Assembly: GCA_012295275.1 (NCBI GenBank)
Contig: CM022668.1
Span: 7,440,001 to 7,504,000, forward strand
Source: Chrysomallon squamiferum
Lineage: Eukaryota; Animalia; Mollusca
Reading direction: 5' to 3'
DNA: 64,000 bases
The notes beneath the pieces are model-generated. The model did no database searches. It was not told the origin of the DNA and was given only the letters and a program-made list of their open reading frames with translations. The translations under genes and the position numbers were made by a program. Shown piece by piece: positions 26,279 to 39,247 of the stretch; position 1 is the stretch's first letter; each line of letters opens with the position of its first letter.

Positions 26279-26989
26279 ATACACAGCATCACAGCACGCA
26301 GTGTTTCCAAAGAACAACTTGAAAAACTTCGTGGTGCAAAAAATCGGCCTGCGCCAATGTCACCACTGCATCTACAACAAACTTCAGCATCATCATCGCC
26401 AGCTGAGTCACCATCACTGACGTCATCATCATCAATGCAGTTCAGCTTCAACAACAGCAGCCCGAAACAGTCCACTCCTCAAACACCAACGTCGTCCAAA
26501 GTTAACCTTCGACCCCTGTCATGCGAGTTGTCACGGGAACACGACCTGCCCTCGCTGACCCGGACTGCAGGTCAGTCTGACTCGCTGACTTTCAAAGACT
26601 TGGAACCAGGCAAAGAACCAGTTCTCATTTACCCAGAGGACAACGACAAAAACTCCTATAAGACCGAGTCTCCTCATTCTTTCAGTCTCTCACAACACAC
26701 CCCGGGATCTTGTTCCAAATCTGACAAAGCTTCCTCCAGATCTTCCACCCCCGCCCTCAGTCCCAGCCCCAGCCCCTGCTCCACCCCTACCTCCACCCTG
26801 CAGCGAGTCAAAAAGAATCAAACTGATTCCGAATCAACAGTGGCAAAGATGAAAACTCCGAAAATCCGGAGTGGCAGTATTTCGGCGAGAGCGGCATTCT
26901 GGGAAAAGAGGATCACAGAGGGGAGTGTCACTGACAGTGAGATTGAGGGGGAGTTTCCCGACATTGCCTGTGAGGGGGAGAAGTCCTGA
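26279..26989 (+). CDS. Terminal coding exon (IHSITARSVSKEQLEKLR...SGSISARAAFWEKRI...CEGEKS*)
   Basis: ttttcAG acceptor, phase 0, open to TGA at 26987-26989; S/P-rich. Confidence 0.9.
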   Translation: MHSITARSVSKEQLEKLRGAKNRPAPMSPLHLQQTSASSSPAESPSLTSSSSMQFSFNNSSPKQSTPQTPTSSKVNLRPLSCELSREHDLPSLTRTAGQSDSLTFKDLEPGKEPVLIYPEDNDKNSYKTESPHSFSLSQHTPGSCSKSDKASSRSSTPALSPSPSPCSTPTSTLQRVKKNQTDSESTVAKMKTPKIRSGSISARAAFWEKRITEGSVTDSEIEGEFPDIACEGEKS

Positions 26990-28215
26990 GTTGTTGTTTT
27001 TTTTTTTTGTTTTTTTTCTCTGATGTTTTAACACGGGGAAGTGGTCACAGATTTTCAGACTGGTTTAAATAGATATTACAATAATAATTTAAAATGTTAA
27101 TTTGATTCAGTTGATGTGCACATTTTATACAGGCAGACACACATACACATATCTAAACAAGCTCATACATGCACACATACATGTATACATATATATATAC
27201 ATGCACTCAAACATACATACATACATACATACATACACACATACACACATACATACATATATGTAGACATTCACACACATACAGACAGACAGACAATAAT
27301 ACCACTACATATATTGATAATAATGTGTATACACATACATACACAGAGATTTGTATACACACACACAAAGACATACACACACACACATACACACACATGT
27401 ACATACATGCACACACACATTATTTAAATATTTTAATTATTATAGTTCACTGCTGAATCTTTAACATTTTGGTGCTAAAATCTGCTGATTTGTCTCCCTT
27501 TAAAACTGATAATATTTATTACTGGCCCTGATGTTTATACTGTAACACACACATACTGGTGGTATTCTACAAGTAACAGTGTAGTAATACATTATTAAAG
27601 AAGAACAGTCAGTGATACATTTATATACAAAAGATAATTTATATATCTGAAAATAAAAAATCAGTTAAATCAGCATTATTTTATAATTTATAATAATACT
27701 ATAAATTTGTTATTATAAATTCATATTTTCAGTGATGAATTACCTTCTGTTTCTATAAACAGTTTTATAATTAATGACAAAAAAGGAAAAAATCTCACTA
27801 TAAAATAGAATTTTCAAATATACATTTTGTTCTGTAAATAAAGTTTTCTAATTGACACGAAAGCAAAAGATCTTATTTGGAATTTTCAATTATATAGTAT
27901 CATTTATAAACAGAATTTTATCAATGATAATAAAAAAGCTGAATTGTTGTTTAAAAATGTGAATTTTCATGATAAAATGTATCTAATAGATTTCAAAAGA
28001 TTCATAACTGATAATGAAAATTTCTTATCATAAATGAGAATTTTCAATAACACATCATGTTCAACAGATATTATTTTTAGCTTGTAATAATTAAGAAAGT
28101 ATTTTATTAAAATCAGTGCACGTTCATTTATTCATTATTATGCATATTAAATATTACTGAAGTTATGGAAATCCTTTTGATATGCAAAGCACAGTATATA
28201 TTTTTTTCATAAATA

Positions 28216-28278
<63 letters not shown>

Positions 28279-28917
28279 TTTACTATTATTCAAGCTTGTT
28301 TGTTACATTTTTATAGAAACTATGATATTCAGATAATGGCTGCCATTTTAAATATTTAATGATTGTTTTAAATTCCTTCTCTATTTTTGGAGAATCTCAG
28401 CTTATCATGCTGCCATTGTTTAACTTCTGTGTGTAAATTCCTTCTTTTGAAAGATACCATAATCTTAATTTGTCATTGAAAATAGCATTAAATATTTTTA
28501 CAAGCTTAAAAATGATTGGTCAATCACAAACTGCACAGACCAATGAAATTCATTTCACTATATTTTTCTATTATTAAGGTTAAATGATTGGCTTGTAACA
28601 ATTTCTATGAACCAATGAAATTTATGTTTCTGTTTTATAAAAGAGTGCTCCACTGGAAGTGAGATTGTTCTGGGAAAGTCCATTCTTTCTCCAGGGATAG
28701 TAAATGAAGGGTCATTTAACTATTGCAATAACCCATTGATATTATACTGTATAAATATAAATATTATTATTATTATTATTATGATTATTATTATTATTAT
28801 TATCATCACAAATATATTTTCATGAACACAAGTATTTTATATATAGATAGATATCATCATGTTGAAAGAATTTGAATCTCATTCACTGTCTCATGTAAAC
28901 ATTAATAGCTTTAACAT

Positions 28918-29001
28918 TTAACCCTTTTGCTTGTAAGCACTGGTCTGTCTAAATGACATATTCAAGTGAAGTTTTTCCTGTGCCGGTCTACAAAGGGTTA
29001 A
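28918..29001. mobile_element. piggyBac-like mini-element (76 bp between TTAA sites)
   Basis: TTAA-CCCTTT...AAAGGG-TTAA; CCC/GGG termini and TTAA duplication; the inverted repeat is short. Confidence 0.5.
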
Positions 29002-29824
29002 AGATTTTTCACCCGTTCCAGCTGTTCTCATTCTGAATTAGTCTTCATGACTCTCTAGCATCAAAATTTAAATTGCTTTGATGTTAATTTTATTTAAATG
29101 TTTGTCCTGGAAGAAAACAAGTAAATGTTTACTGTGGAACATTTTTTAGGCTTGGTCAAACATGTGGTGTAATAGAAGAATATTAAAACTGTTCCTGTCC
29201 ATTGAAATAATGTGTTTGTATGGTTTGATCTTGTGACTGGTTTTGATGGGTAGGGTCACTTTTATTTTTCACACTGTCAGAGAATGATGTTAAAATGTAA
29301 AATGTTGTGAAATGTACATTACTTTTCAATCATCAGGTTTTTTTTAATAATTTCTTGCTCTTTGATAACTTTTTAAAATTAATAAAACTCACATAGCAAT
29401 AGGGCAAATGTAGAGTACTCATTATGTGTTTACGAACATACACACATACAGCCACACACATATACATACTTACATATATGCATACAATCATACATGTGAG
29501 AAACATAGATTTTATTAATTTTATCAATAAATACAAACATACATACATACAAACATAAATACATACATACATACATACACACATACATACACACACAGAT
29601 ACATACATACATACACACACACACATACATGCAGAAATACATACAATTTATTCATTAAAAAACCCCACATTACATTCAAAATACTTCTTTGTAAATCTAA
29701 AAATTAATGTTATTACATACTTTCATTGTAAGTATTACATATTCATATTTCATTTATTATATTTTTTCTTAAATTATGCCTTTGATAAAATGAGATATTG
29801 TACAAATATAAACTGCTATTGATA

Positions 29825-29903
29825 AATAAATCTGTTATCTTTAAAATCAGTTCATTTGTTTGTTTTCTTTCTTGTTGTTACTTTTGTTTATAAAATTAAT
29901 AAA
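29825..29903 (+). terminator. Candidate polyadenylation signals of the + gene (AATAAA near 29825 and 29898)
   Basis: AATAAA followed by a T/GT-rich tract at 29855-29890; AATAAA is common in this AT-rich DNA, so support is weak. Confidence 0.35.
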
Positions 29904-30299
29904 ATCTGTATTTCTCTCACATTAATTCTGTTTTATATATGGATTCAATATTGTGAGAAAAACTTTAAATGTTTTTTTTTTTAAATTTAAAAAATGCCAT
30001 AGAAAAATACAAGATTTTTGTTCCTTGCTTTGTTTATTGGTTAAATTGTATAAAACAGAACATTTCTATATTTATTAGAATAATTCTGAATATTACTGGA
30101 ATTTGGATTATCAAAAGTCCACTCATTATTTTATGCAGAGATGAATATACATACATATACAATATATATCTGCATACAGACATACATGTAGAGTTATGAA
30201 CATTATGAAGATTGTGATGTAATTTATGTTGTACATATATATATATATATTCAAAGATATAGACACACATCTGTACACATACACATAAACATATTTGTT

Positions 30300-30407
30300 G
30301 TGACACACAAAAACTCAGACATACACACATACAGACACAACACAGACATATAAACATATATACAGACATACACACAATCACACATACATATAACACATAC
30401 AAATATT

Positions 30408-30442
<35 letters not shown>

Positions 30443-30490
30443 ATAGAAATATACACACAATCACATGCATACATACAGACACATACAAAT

Positions 30491-30546
<56 letters not shown>

Positions 30547-30602
30547 CCATAGAAATATACACACAATCACATGCATACATACAGACACACAAATATTTAC
30601 AC

Positions 30603-30635
<33 letters not shown>

Positions 30636-30718
30636 AATAGAAATATACACACAATCACATGCATACATATAGACACATACTCATAAATATTCACTCACAC
30701 ACACACACACACACACAA
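30300..30718. repeat. Compound (CA)n minisatellite between the two genes
   Basis: atagaaatatacacacaatcacatgcatacata repeated 3 times, separated by (CA)n. Confidence 0.9.
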
Positions 30719-32826
30719 ATAAAAAATAACAAAAAAGTTTTAACATTTTTCTCTTTTAATTGAAATAACCAAATAACAATATTGTTCAGTCACAAATACA
30801 ACCCAACTATTTTGTGATCTCAAGCATAAATATTTACATTTTTTTTTTACAATAAGAACAATGAGTAAAATATTTATTTACATTTTAATAAATAAAACAG
30901 TGGATTAGGTAATTAAATAACAGGCAAACAATTAAATAATTAGTAATCAATCTTTTGAATACTTAAAAGTGATTAATTTGAGCTGCTCTATACAATCATA
31001 AAGCAGAACTCTGTATGAAGTAGTTGCCCATGAAAAGCATGCTTGAGCAAACAATATATAAATCTTTAAGTCAGGTATATTTTAGCAGAAATATATGTCA
31101 AATTAAAGAAGTTGGCCATGAAAAAAAGCATGCTTAGTCCAAACCAATTTGCCCAAAACAGCCATATTTTATCAGAACTTTGTATCATCAAATTTAGCAA
31201 CAATGTTTGATATTAAAGTAACTGCCCATGTAAGGCATGCTTGGACATAACAATAAAATGTTGATATTTGCCAGCTTTTTTGATGGCTGAATGCAAAATT
31301 AACTGGCAGACTTTTTTCTGTACTTTTCTTTAGTGAAAAAAGTTTTGCAGTGGTTGAAAAATTACTAATTTTTATGAAGTCATTTCTTTGTTTTTTTCAA
31401 TAACTGTAAATCAGCCATTTTGTCTCCTAGAATGAATCAGAACCAGATGAATTACTTTTTGATAAACAGCAAACTTTGTGAGATACATAATCTATGCTGG
31501 AAGAAATCATTAAAAAAACACCTAGAAAAAACAAGATGGCTGTCTTGCATTGCAAACTGGGATAGCTTCATTGACAAAATTTTAAGAGACAGTATTATTT
31601 ATATTTCTTTATTTTTTTACATACATTTGATTGTTTTTCTGTCATTTTGTTTATATATAAATATTAAAAAAATGATTTGTGTTCTTAAATATTCAACATT
31701 AATATTTTAATTTTCAATATCTGACATTTAACATATAATTAATGGAAATATATATATGTATCCACATATATATATATTTTATTTTTTCCAGTTATGTTTC
31801 TGTTTATAACACACTGGGAGACAAGGATTAATTAATAACTAAAAAGAAAAAGAGAAAAATTGAGATAGAAAGACAATGGGGGTAAAAAAACATGTTAATT
31901 TTTAATAATATATAACTGAAACAACATGTGTAATATTTACAGTGTTAAACCTGTGTTTAAATCTTAATATAAACAATGATTTCAATACTCAATAGAAATG
32001 ATTAAATAAGATTTACATTTTAATAATATATATTAAATAATTAATTTCAAAAATGACTGTAAATGATTAAATTTTGCTTACATGTTAATAGTGTATTTTA
32101 AAAAAAAAAATTTTAATAATGAATATATTTTTTTAATAAATGAATAAATAGGGTTTAAATTTTTATATAAATAATTAATTTCAATAATGAATATAAATGA
32201 TTAAATTATGTTTTATACTTACATTTCAATAGTATATTTTATATAATTAATTTCAGTAATGAATATGTTTTTGTAAATGATTAAATTTGGTTTACATTTT
32301 AATAGTATATAATAAATAACGAATTTCAGTAATGAATACAGCTTTATAAATGATTAAGTTGGGTTTACATTTTAATATAGATAATTCATTTAAATAATGA
32401 ATATAAATGAGAGAGTTAGGTTTGGATTTTAATAATATATAAACTGCAACACCTGTGATTAAAAAGCTGGATACATTTTAAACTTTAATAAAATGACTAA
32501 AATAGAATTAAACTGTTATATAAATGATTAAATTGTGATACAGATGATTGAACTGTAATACAAAACAATTAATTTGGTTTAAGTTGTAACAGAAAGGATA
32601 CAGTTGTGTTTTTAATGTAGTAAAATAATTAAATTAGGTTTAAATTGTAATTAAATGGCAATATTCAATAATGAATATAATTATAAAATAAATAATGAAC
32701 CATCAAAATCAAAATGACTAATTTCCTAAAATAAACTGGTGGTTCATTTCTTTTACACGTTTGTTGTTCTCTTGCAGTGGATAAACCTCCATCTTCATGT
32801 TTGGAATGTCATGGGATCAACTCTTC

Positions 32827-32846
32827 TCAACAGCTCCTTCTATGAG
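32827..32846 (-). CDS. PDE1: Candidate alternative terminal exon of PDE1 (AHRRSC*)
   Basis: ctttccctgttAG acceptor; phase-1 reading gives AHRRSC then TGA, followed by UTR-like sequence. Confidence 0.4.
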
Positions 32847-33107
32847 CTAACAGGGAAAGTGCATGATTACATACTAACACACTAACATGCCAACATACTA
32901 ACATTTTAACAGTAACTTGGACAGATATTCAGTATTCCTGAATTGAGTGCCCATAATAGACATGCTTGAACTTTGAGTGAAATAATGATACTAGTGATTA
33001 TTTTGTGAGAGAATATATTTGTGTGTGTTTGCATATATATACACACATATATACATAGATACATACATACATATATCTATATATATGCATGCTTGTATGA
33101 TTCTATG

Positions 33108-33159
<52 letters not shown>

Positions 33160-33762
33160 TATATATAAACATATATATATATATATATTTATAAATGTAT
33201 GTATGTATGTAAGTATGTGTATATATGTATGTATATAGATAACAATGTCTAATAAATACAGTATGAAACAGCTAAAAATAAAATATACTGAATTTTAAAT
33301 CATATTCTATTTTAATGATATGCATAATTTAAGGAAATGAAAATTTTATAAATAAAATATTTCAGGCACCAGTATTATAAGCATAGATCTGAAACAGAAG
33401 ACTAAATTAAAAATAATTTAACATGGCAAACTTAGAAATTTAAAATTCCTAAAATAGCAATATTAAATTTCTTAGAAACTTTAAATTCTTAAAAGAACAG
33501 ATTTTTTGAGAACTTGGATGAAAATTTTTTTGAAATAATTTGATATTTACATAAATTTGTTTAGATTTCTCTGTATGATGGACACCTGTCTATTGTGACT
33601 TCTCAAGGTTATTAATGCATTTTAAAACTCTGTATAATGACCACCTGGTTAATGTGGCCAGTAAACAATATCTGATTTTGTAAAAGTATTTTATATCAGC
33701 TTAAATTTCAATATTGCTATAAAAAAAAACCAAGAGATTATTTTAAAGTTGTTTTTTCCTCC

Positions 33763-33813
<51 letters not shown>

Positions 33814-34401
33814 CATGTATACTATGTGATTGTTGTAACCATATTAATCAATAAAATTAGCTAAAATAAAAGAAATTAGAAAATACACACAAAAAAATAA
33901 TTTCTGTTTAAAATAAAAACATGAAGCAAAAAAGAAAGAATAACTATACAAACCTAGACACAAATTTTTCTTACTTCATAACATGTTGATAAAGTAAACT
34001 GGAAAATTTTGGTGACCATAAAATGTTAGTGAATTTAGTAGCGACTTAATTGTTATCAAATTTTCTTTTGTAATACCCTAATTTTTAAAAATCTTTAGAT
34101 AATAATTGAAAAATTAAATTATTTATTTTTGATAAAAGTTAAATTCAAATGAACAAATAACTGGATCTGTCATCCAGAGTTTATGAAAATTTAAAACAGC
34201 TCATAAAACAATCAATTTTGTTTTTTGCTTTTATACATGTTATGCTTATGATGTGAATTTACTTTAATTTTTAGTCATTTTTTTAATGTTATTGCTGATA
34301 TGGATCTATGTAGGATAGATCTAGTTAATATTTTAAAGTGTATCCCCCCTATCATTTTTAAAATAGCATTTGTTTTGTTGTTATTACTATTCTTATTTAT
34401 T

Positions 34402-34457
<56 letters not shown>

Positions 34458-35085
34458 TAAAATATCATTTTTAAAATAGCATTTGTTTTGTTGTTATTAC
34501 TATTCTTATTTATTTATTTATTATTATTATTATTATTATTCATTTTATATTATTATTATTATTGATTTATTTTTATTATTATATATATATTTTTATTATT
34601 ATATATATATATATTTTAATTATTATTATTATAATTGTTATTGTTATTTTAATATTATTAACTTTATTATTTGTTATTAATTTATTACTACAACTACTAC
34701 AACTACTACAACTGATATTATTAATACAATTATTATTAATTATATATATATATTTAAACTCATATCATTTTAATAGTTAAATTCTACCACAGTAATAATG
34801 CATTGCCTTTTCTGTATCACTGAAGTGTTGAAAGAGATTTCACTACATTTTAAAGTCACTAAAATTTTCTCATTTACACTAACTTATATTCTTAACAGTC
34901 ATACTTACAGCACATGTGAATTATTTTGGACAAATATTATCATAACATTCTTAATTTTTATTTCAAAAATCTATCAACACTAATATAATGATCACAGTCA
35001 TTTTGTGAAGCTGGACAAGTACAAAAAGTTTTATAAGCATGAGCTCAACTAATATTTCAAGAAAGAACGAATTTTAGATAATCCA

Positions 35086-35273
35086 TCATTGTGTTTTTTC
35101 CACACTTGTTTTCTCTGATGACTGCACCACGTCATGACAGACTGAGTCGGGAGTGGCTGAGTCTTTTGAGACGGTTTCTACTTCTGTGATCACTTGTGGC
35201 TGGTTAGATCTCATCTCACTTTTCTGTTTAATGTTAACAAACAAATCACTCGTAGATGTGTTTCGACTGATTC
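35086..35273 (-). CDS. PDE1: PDE1 terminal coding exon (GISRNTSTSDLFV...SVEKTQ*)
   Basis: Poly-T tract then cacaacAG; phase-1 frame open for 62 codons to TGA; GC-richer than its flanks. Confidence 0.75.
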
Positions 35274-35405
35274 CTGTTGTGAAAAAAAAAAAAAAAAAAA
35301 AAGTTTCTTCATATTACTATGTTTAATGAAAATATTCAATAAGGACTTTTTTTAAAATAAATATTTTTAGAAATATAGCTCAACTATTTATAAAAATAGT
35401 TAGAG

Positions 35406-35470
<65 letters not shown>

Positions 35471-37043
35471 GATATATATGTGTAGGTGTGTGTGACAGCT
35501 GGTTTTCATGCTAATGATTATTGTTCTTGTTTTTCTTACTTTTGTTTTTATTATTAATAATTTAATTGTTATTATTAATTATTAATATTATCATTATCAA
35601 TAAATTATTTATTATTATTGTTATTATCATTATTGGTACAATAACTACTATTATTTTATACTATATTATTATTACTATTATTACTATTACTATTATTATT
35701 ATTGCTGTTATTATTATTACTATTATATTATTATTATTATTATTATTGTTGTTGTTGTTGTTATTACTACTACTGCTGCTACTACTACAACTATATTTGT
35801 TGTAGTTTGTAATTATTGCATTTTAATTGTTGTTGTTATAAATTGTTATTGGTGTAGCTATTATGTTTCAATTTAAGAAAAACAGAACGTTTTTCCATGA
35901 ATTACTCAGTTATCAGAATAATATTTATTTATACTATTACATAGACAGCTCAGCATTTACCATTGTTTTTATAAATAAAACATGGGAAACCTTTTATTGA
36001 AGTTTACTCCTGTTTATTATTTTATTTGTTACTGCTTCTGTTATTATTATTATTGTTGTTGTTGTTTTTGTTGTTTTGTTGTTGTTATTGTTGCTATGGT
36101 AGCTGTCATTTTTATTATATTTTAATAATTATAATTATAATTGGTATTGTCTTTATTATTATATTTTATTATGTTGTTGATATTGTTATTATTGCAGTTG
36201 TTAGGTTATGTTGTCAGTATTGTTATATTTTACTTTTTGTTGTCATTAATGCTGTTGTTGTGGTTGTTGTAGTTTGTAATTATTACATTTTACTTGTTGT
36301 AAATTGTTATTGTTGTAGCTAGTATATTTTAATTTTTGTTGTTTTAATTATTATTGTTGTAAGTTGTTACTGTAGTAGTAGTCATTGTTAGTATTATTAT
36401 AATTATAATTTTTGTTGTTAATGTTGTTATTATTCTTGTTGTTGTAGTTGTTGTTACTATTTTGATTATTATGCTGATGTTTAACAGTGCTATAGTAGTG
36501 TCAATATTATTACATTTTAACTATTATTGTAATTATTGTAAGTATCATTGTTGTAGTAGTTGTTGTTGTCAATGCTATATTTTAATTTGGTTGTTGTTAT
36601 TCTTATTGCTGTTGGTGCAGTTATTAATTTAATTATTGCTGTTGATGTTGCTGTTGTCATAATAGTAGTTTTCATTATATTAATTATTATTACTGTAGCT
36701 GCAATTGTGTTCATTAATATATTTTTTTTATTATCATTGCTGATGATTTTGTTATTGTGAGTGTTGTTGTTTCATTTTTTTTTTTTATTAGTGTTGCTAT
36801 TATTAGTATTATAGTTTTTGATTTTTTTTTTTCATGTTCTTGTTGTGGTTTTTTCCTGTCATTATATTTTTATAATTGTTTTTCTTTCTGTCATTATTAC
36901 TGTTACCATCAATGTTATTATTGTTGCTGATCTTTTTGCATATATGTAAATATATATTAGAAAAATTGTATTAATATCATCATCATTTAAATATCAAATA
37001 CTTGTTTTCACTGTCTTTTGGAAATTACATACTGAATACTTAC

Positions 37044-37058
37044 AGAGATCAGATTGTA
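37044..37058 (-). CDS. PDE1: Candidate 15-nt microexon of PDE1 (VQSDL)
   Basis: cctttgcaAG|TACAATCTGATCTCT|GTAAGT on -; symmetric phase 1. Confidence 0.45.
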
Positions 37059-38132
37059 CTTGCAAAGGATTATGGGATATATTTCATTGCATTATGGGAA
37101 TTAAGATTGGAAAACCAGTTTTTATTATTATGATGATCATCATCATTGTTGTTGTTTCGTTATTATTAATTTTATTCTCATTATTATTTATTTATTATTT
37201 ACTTATTTATTGTTGTTGTTTTTGATGTTAAAGTGTTTGGTAAGAATCAGTAATATTTTACTGATTACTGTAGAACATTAATTAATAACTTACCTGTCAT
37301 ATACTGCTTACTAAACTATTTTTATTTTCTTCTTATCCTAATACTTTGATAAAATATTATAATCTTTAAATAAATTTAATTTGGAGATAGTAACAATAGT
37401 AAGAAGAATTTCATTTAGACTGAAGAGATAGTTAATGTTAGAAATAATAGAAGCCCTTGAAAACCAAAAAAAAAAAAAAAAAAAAAAAATAAATGAATAA
37501 ATAAATAAAAAAGTATATTACTAAATAAATAAATATGAAAGTAAATTACTAAATAAAAAAATAAATAAGTAAACAAATAAATAATTGAAAAAAAAAAAAA
37601 AAAAAAAAAAAAAATAAGAAATAAAAAAATAAAAATAAATAGTAATAATAATAATAATAAGAAGAAGAAGAAGAAGAAGAAGAAAGTTTTAGGAATAAAA
37701 TCCTGCTATTCCTGGAAGCTGATCCTTGCTGCATTCCATCTTTGAATGTGATAATGAGTTGAGCAGAGAGTATTTGTTGTATAATAAACCTGGAGCTAAA
37801 TACATTTAAAAACGTCATAGGGGGTCAAATTTTACTTTGTAGAAAATAACACAATCATATAATATCTTAATAATGTTGTTGTTTTTTAGATTATGTGATT
37901 TTTGCTATATATGAGATTTCTAGGAAAACAACTTAAAATTTTTAAAAATATAATAATAATAATGATAATAATAATGATAATGATAATGATAATAATTATA
38001 ATAATAATAACATAATAATAAATGTAATAATAATAATTTAAATAATAATAATATAATAATAATCATAGTAATAAAAACAATTACTATTTTTATTATCATC
38101 AATGCTGTATTATAATTATTATAATTATTATT

Positions 38133-38205
<73 letters not shown>

Positions 38206-39184
38206 TATTATTAAACACAAAACCGCAAATTTTAGCACAGAGAACAAACAAATATGGCTGCCATCACAGAGGGGGGATACATCTAAACACTAAAGAGAAA
38301 GAAACAAACAAACATGCAAAGATTTTTTTTTTCTGTGTGTGCATACTCTTTTAATAATTCAGTTTATTTCGGTAATAACAATAACTTCAACAATTTTACA
38401 TTTCATCATCACAGAGAACATGAAAAGTGGAATAAATAAATTAATAAAACCGTCTACATAATTTCTGATTTATTTTGTAAATAGGTGTATGACATATATA
38501 TAATAAATACAACTAAATTACATCTATGTTTGGTTGAGGAGATTTCTGTTAAAAAATCATAAAGAGAATAAATTAATCATGGTAGAAATATTTTACATCA
38601 ACGCTAACTATTTTAAAGAGTATAAAAAAATAAAAAGAATGAAAAAGAGTGAAAATAAAGGAAAAATAAAATAAAAACAAATCAGGGTTTTAGTAGGTAA
38701 ATTAAATAAATTTTAAAATAAAATATGAAAGGTTTACAAATAAAAACAACAAACAAAAAATAAATGAAAATAAAATAAATAAAATAAAATAAATAAATAA
38801 ATAATTTTTAAAATAAAATAAATTAAAAAAATAAATTATTATTTAGATTACAAATGGACCAAGACCATAATTAAATAGAACTAAAAATCCAACATTTAAT
38901 ATTTGTTCAAATAATTTTTTTAAACTCTTATATAACTATTTTAAAAGCCAGTGCTATCTACTTTAATTAAAAGCCAGTATTACTACTAACTATTACTAAT
39001 ATTACTTATAATTTTTCTTTTTAATTTTCATGTATCATTGTCATGAGCCAATAAAAGGCATATCCAACTTTTTACTGGAATATAGAGGAGATAAGTAAAC
39101 CCAGATAGCTAATTGTTTTCAGTTTGAAATTGTTGTGTATTTTGATGAATAAATATATTATATTATATTATATTATATTATATT

Positions 39185-39247
<63 letters not shown>

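Noticed and set aside
31970-32520. Degenerate aaatgattaaatt...tttacattttaat repeats
   Set aside because: Decayed AT-rich minisatellite with no further structure.
37288-37340. Strong CAG|GTAAGT donor on - near 37293
   Set aside because: Nearby acceptors give an immediate stop or a 17-nt frameshifting exon; no coherent exon.
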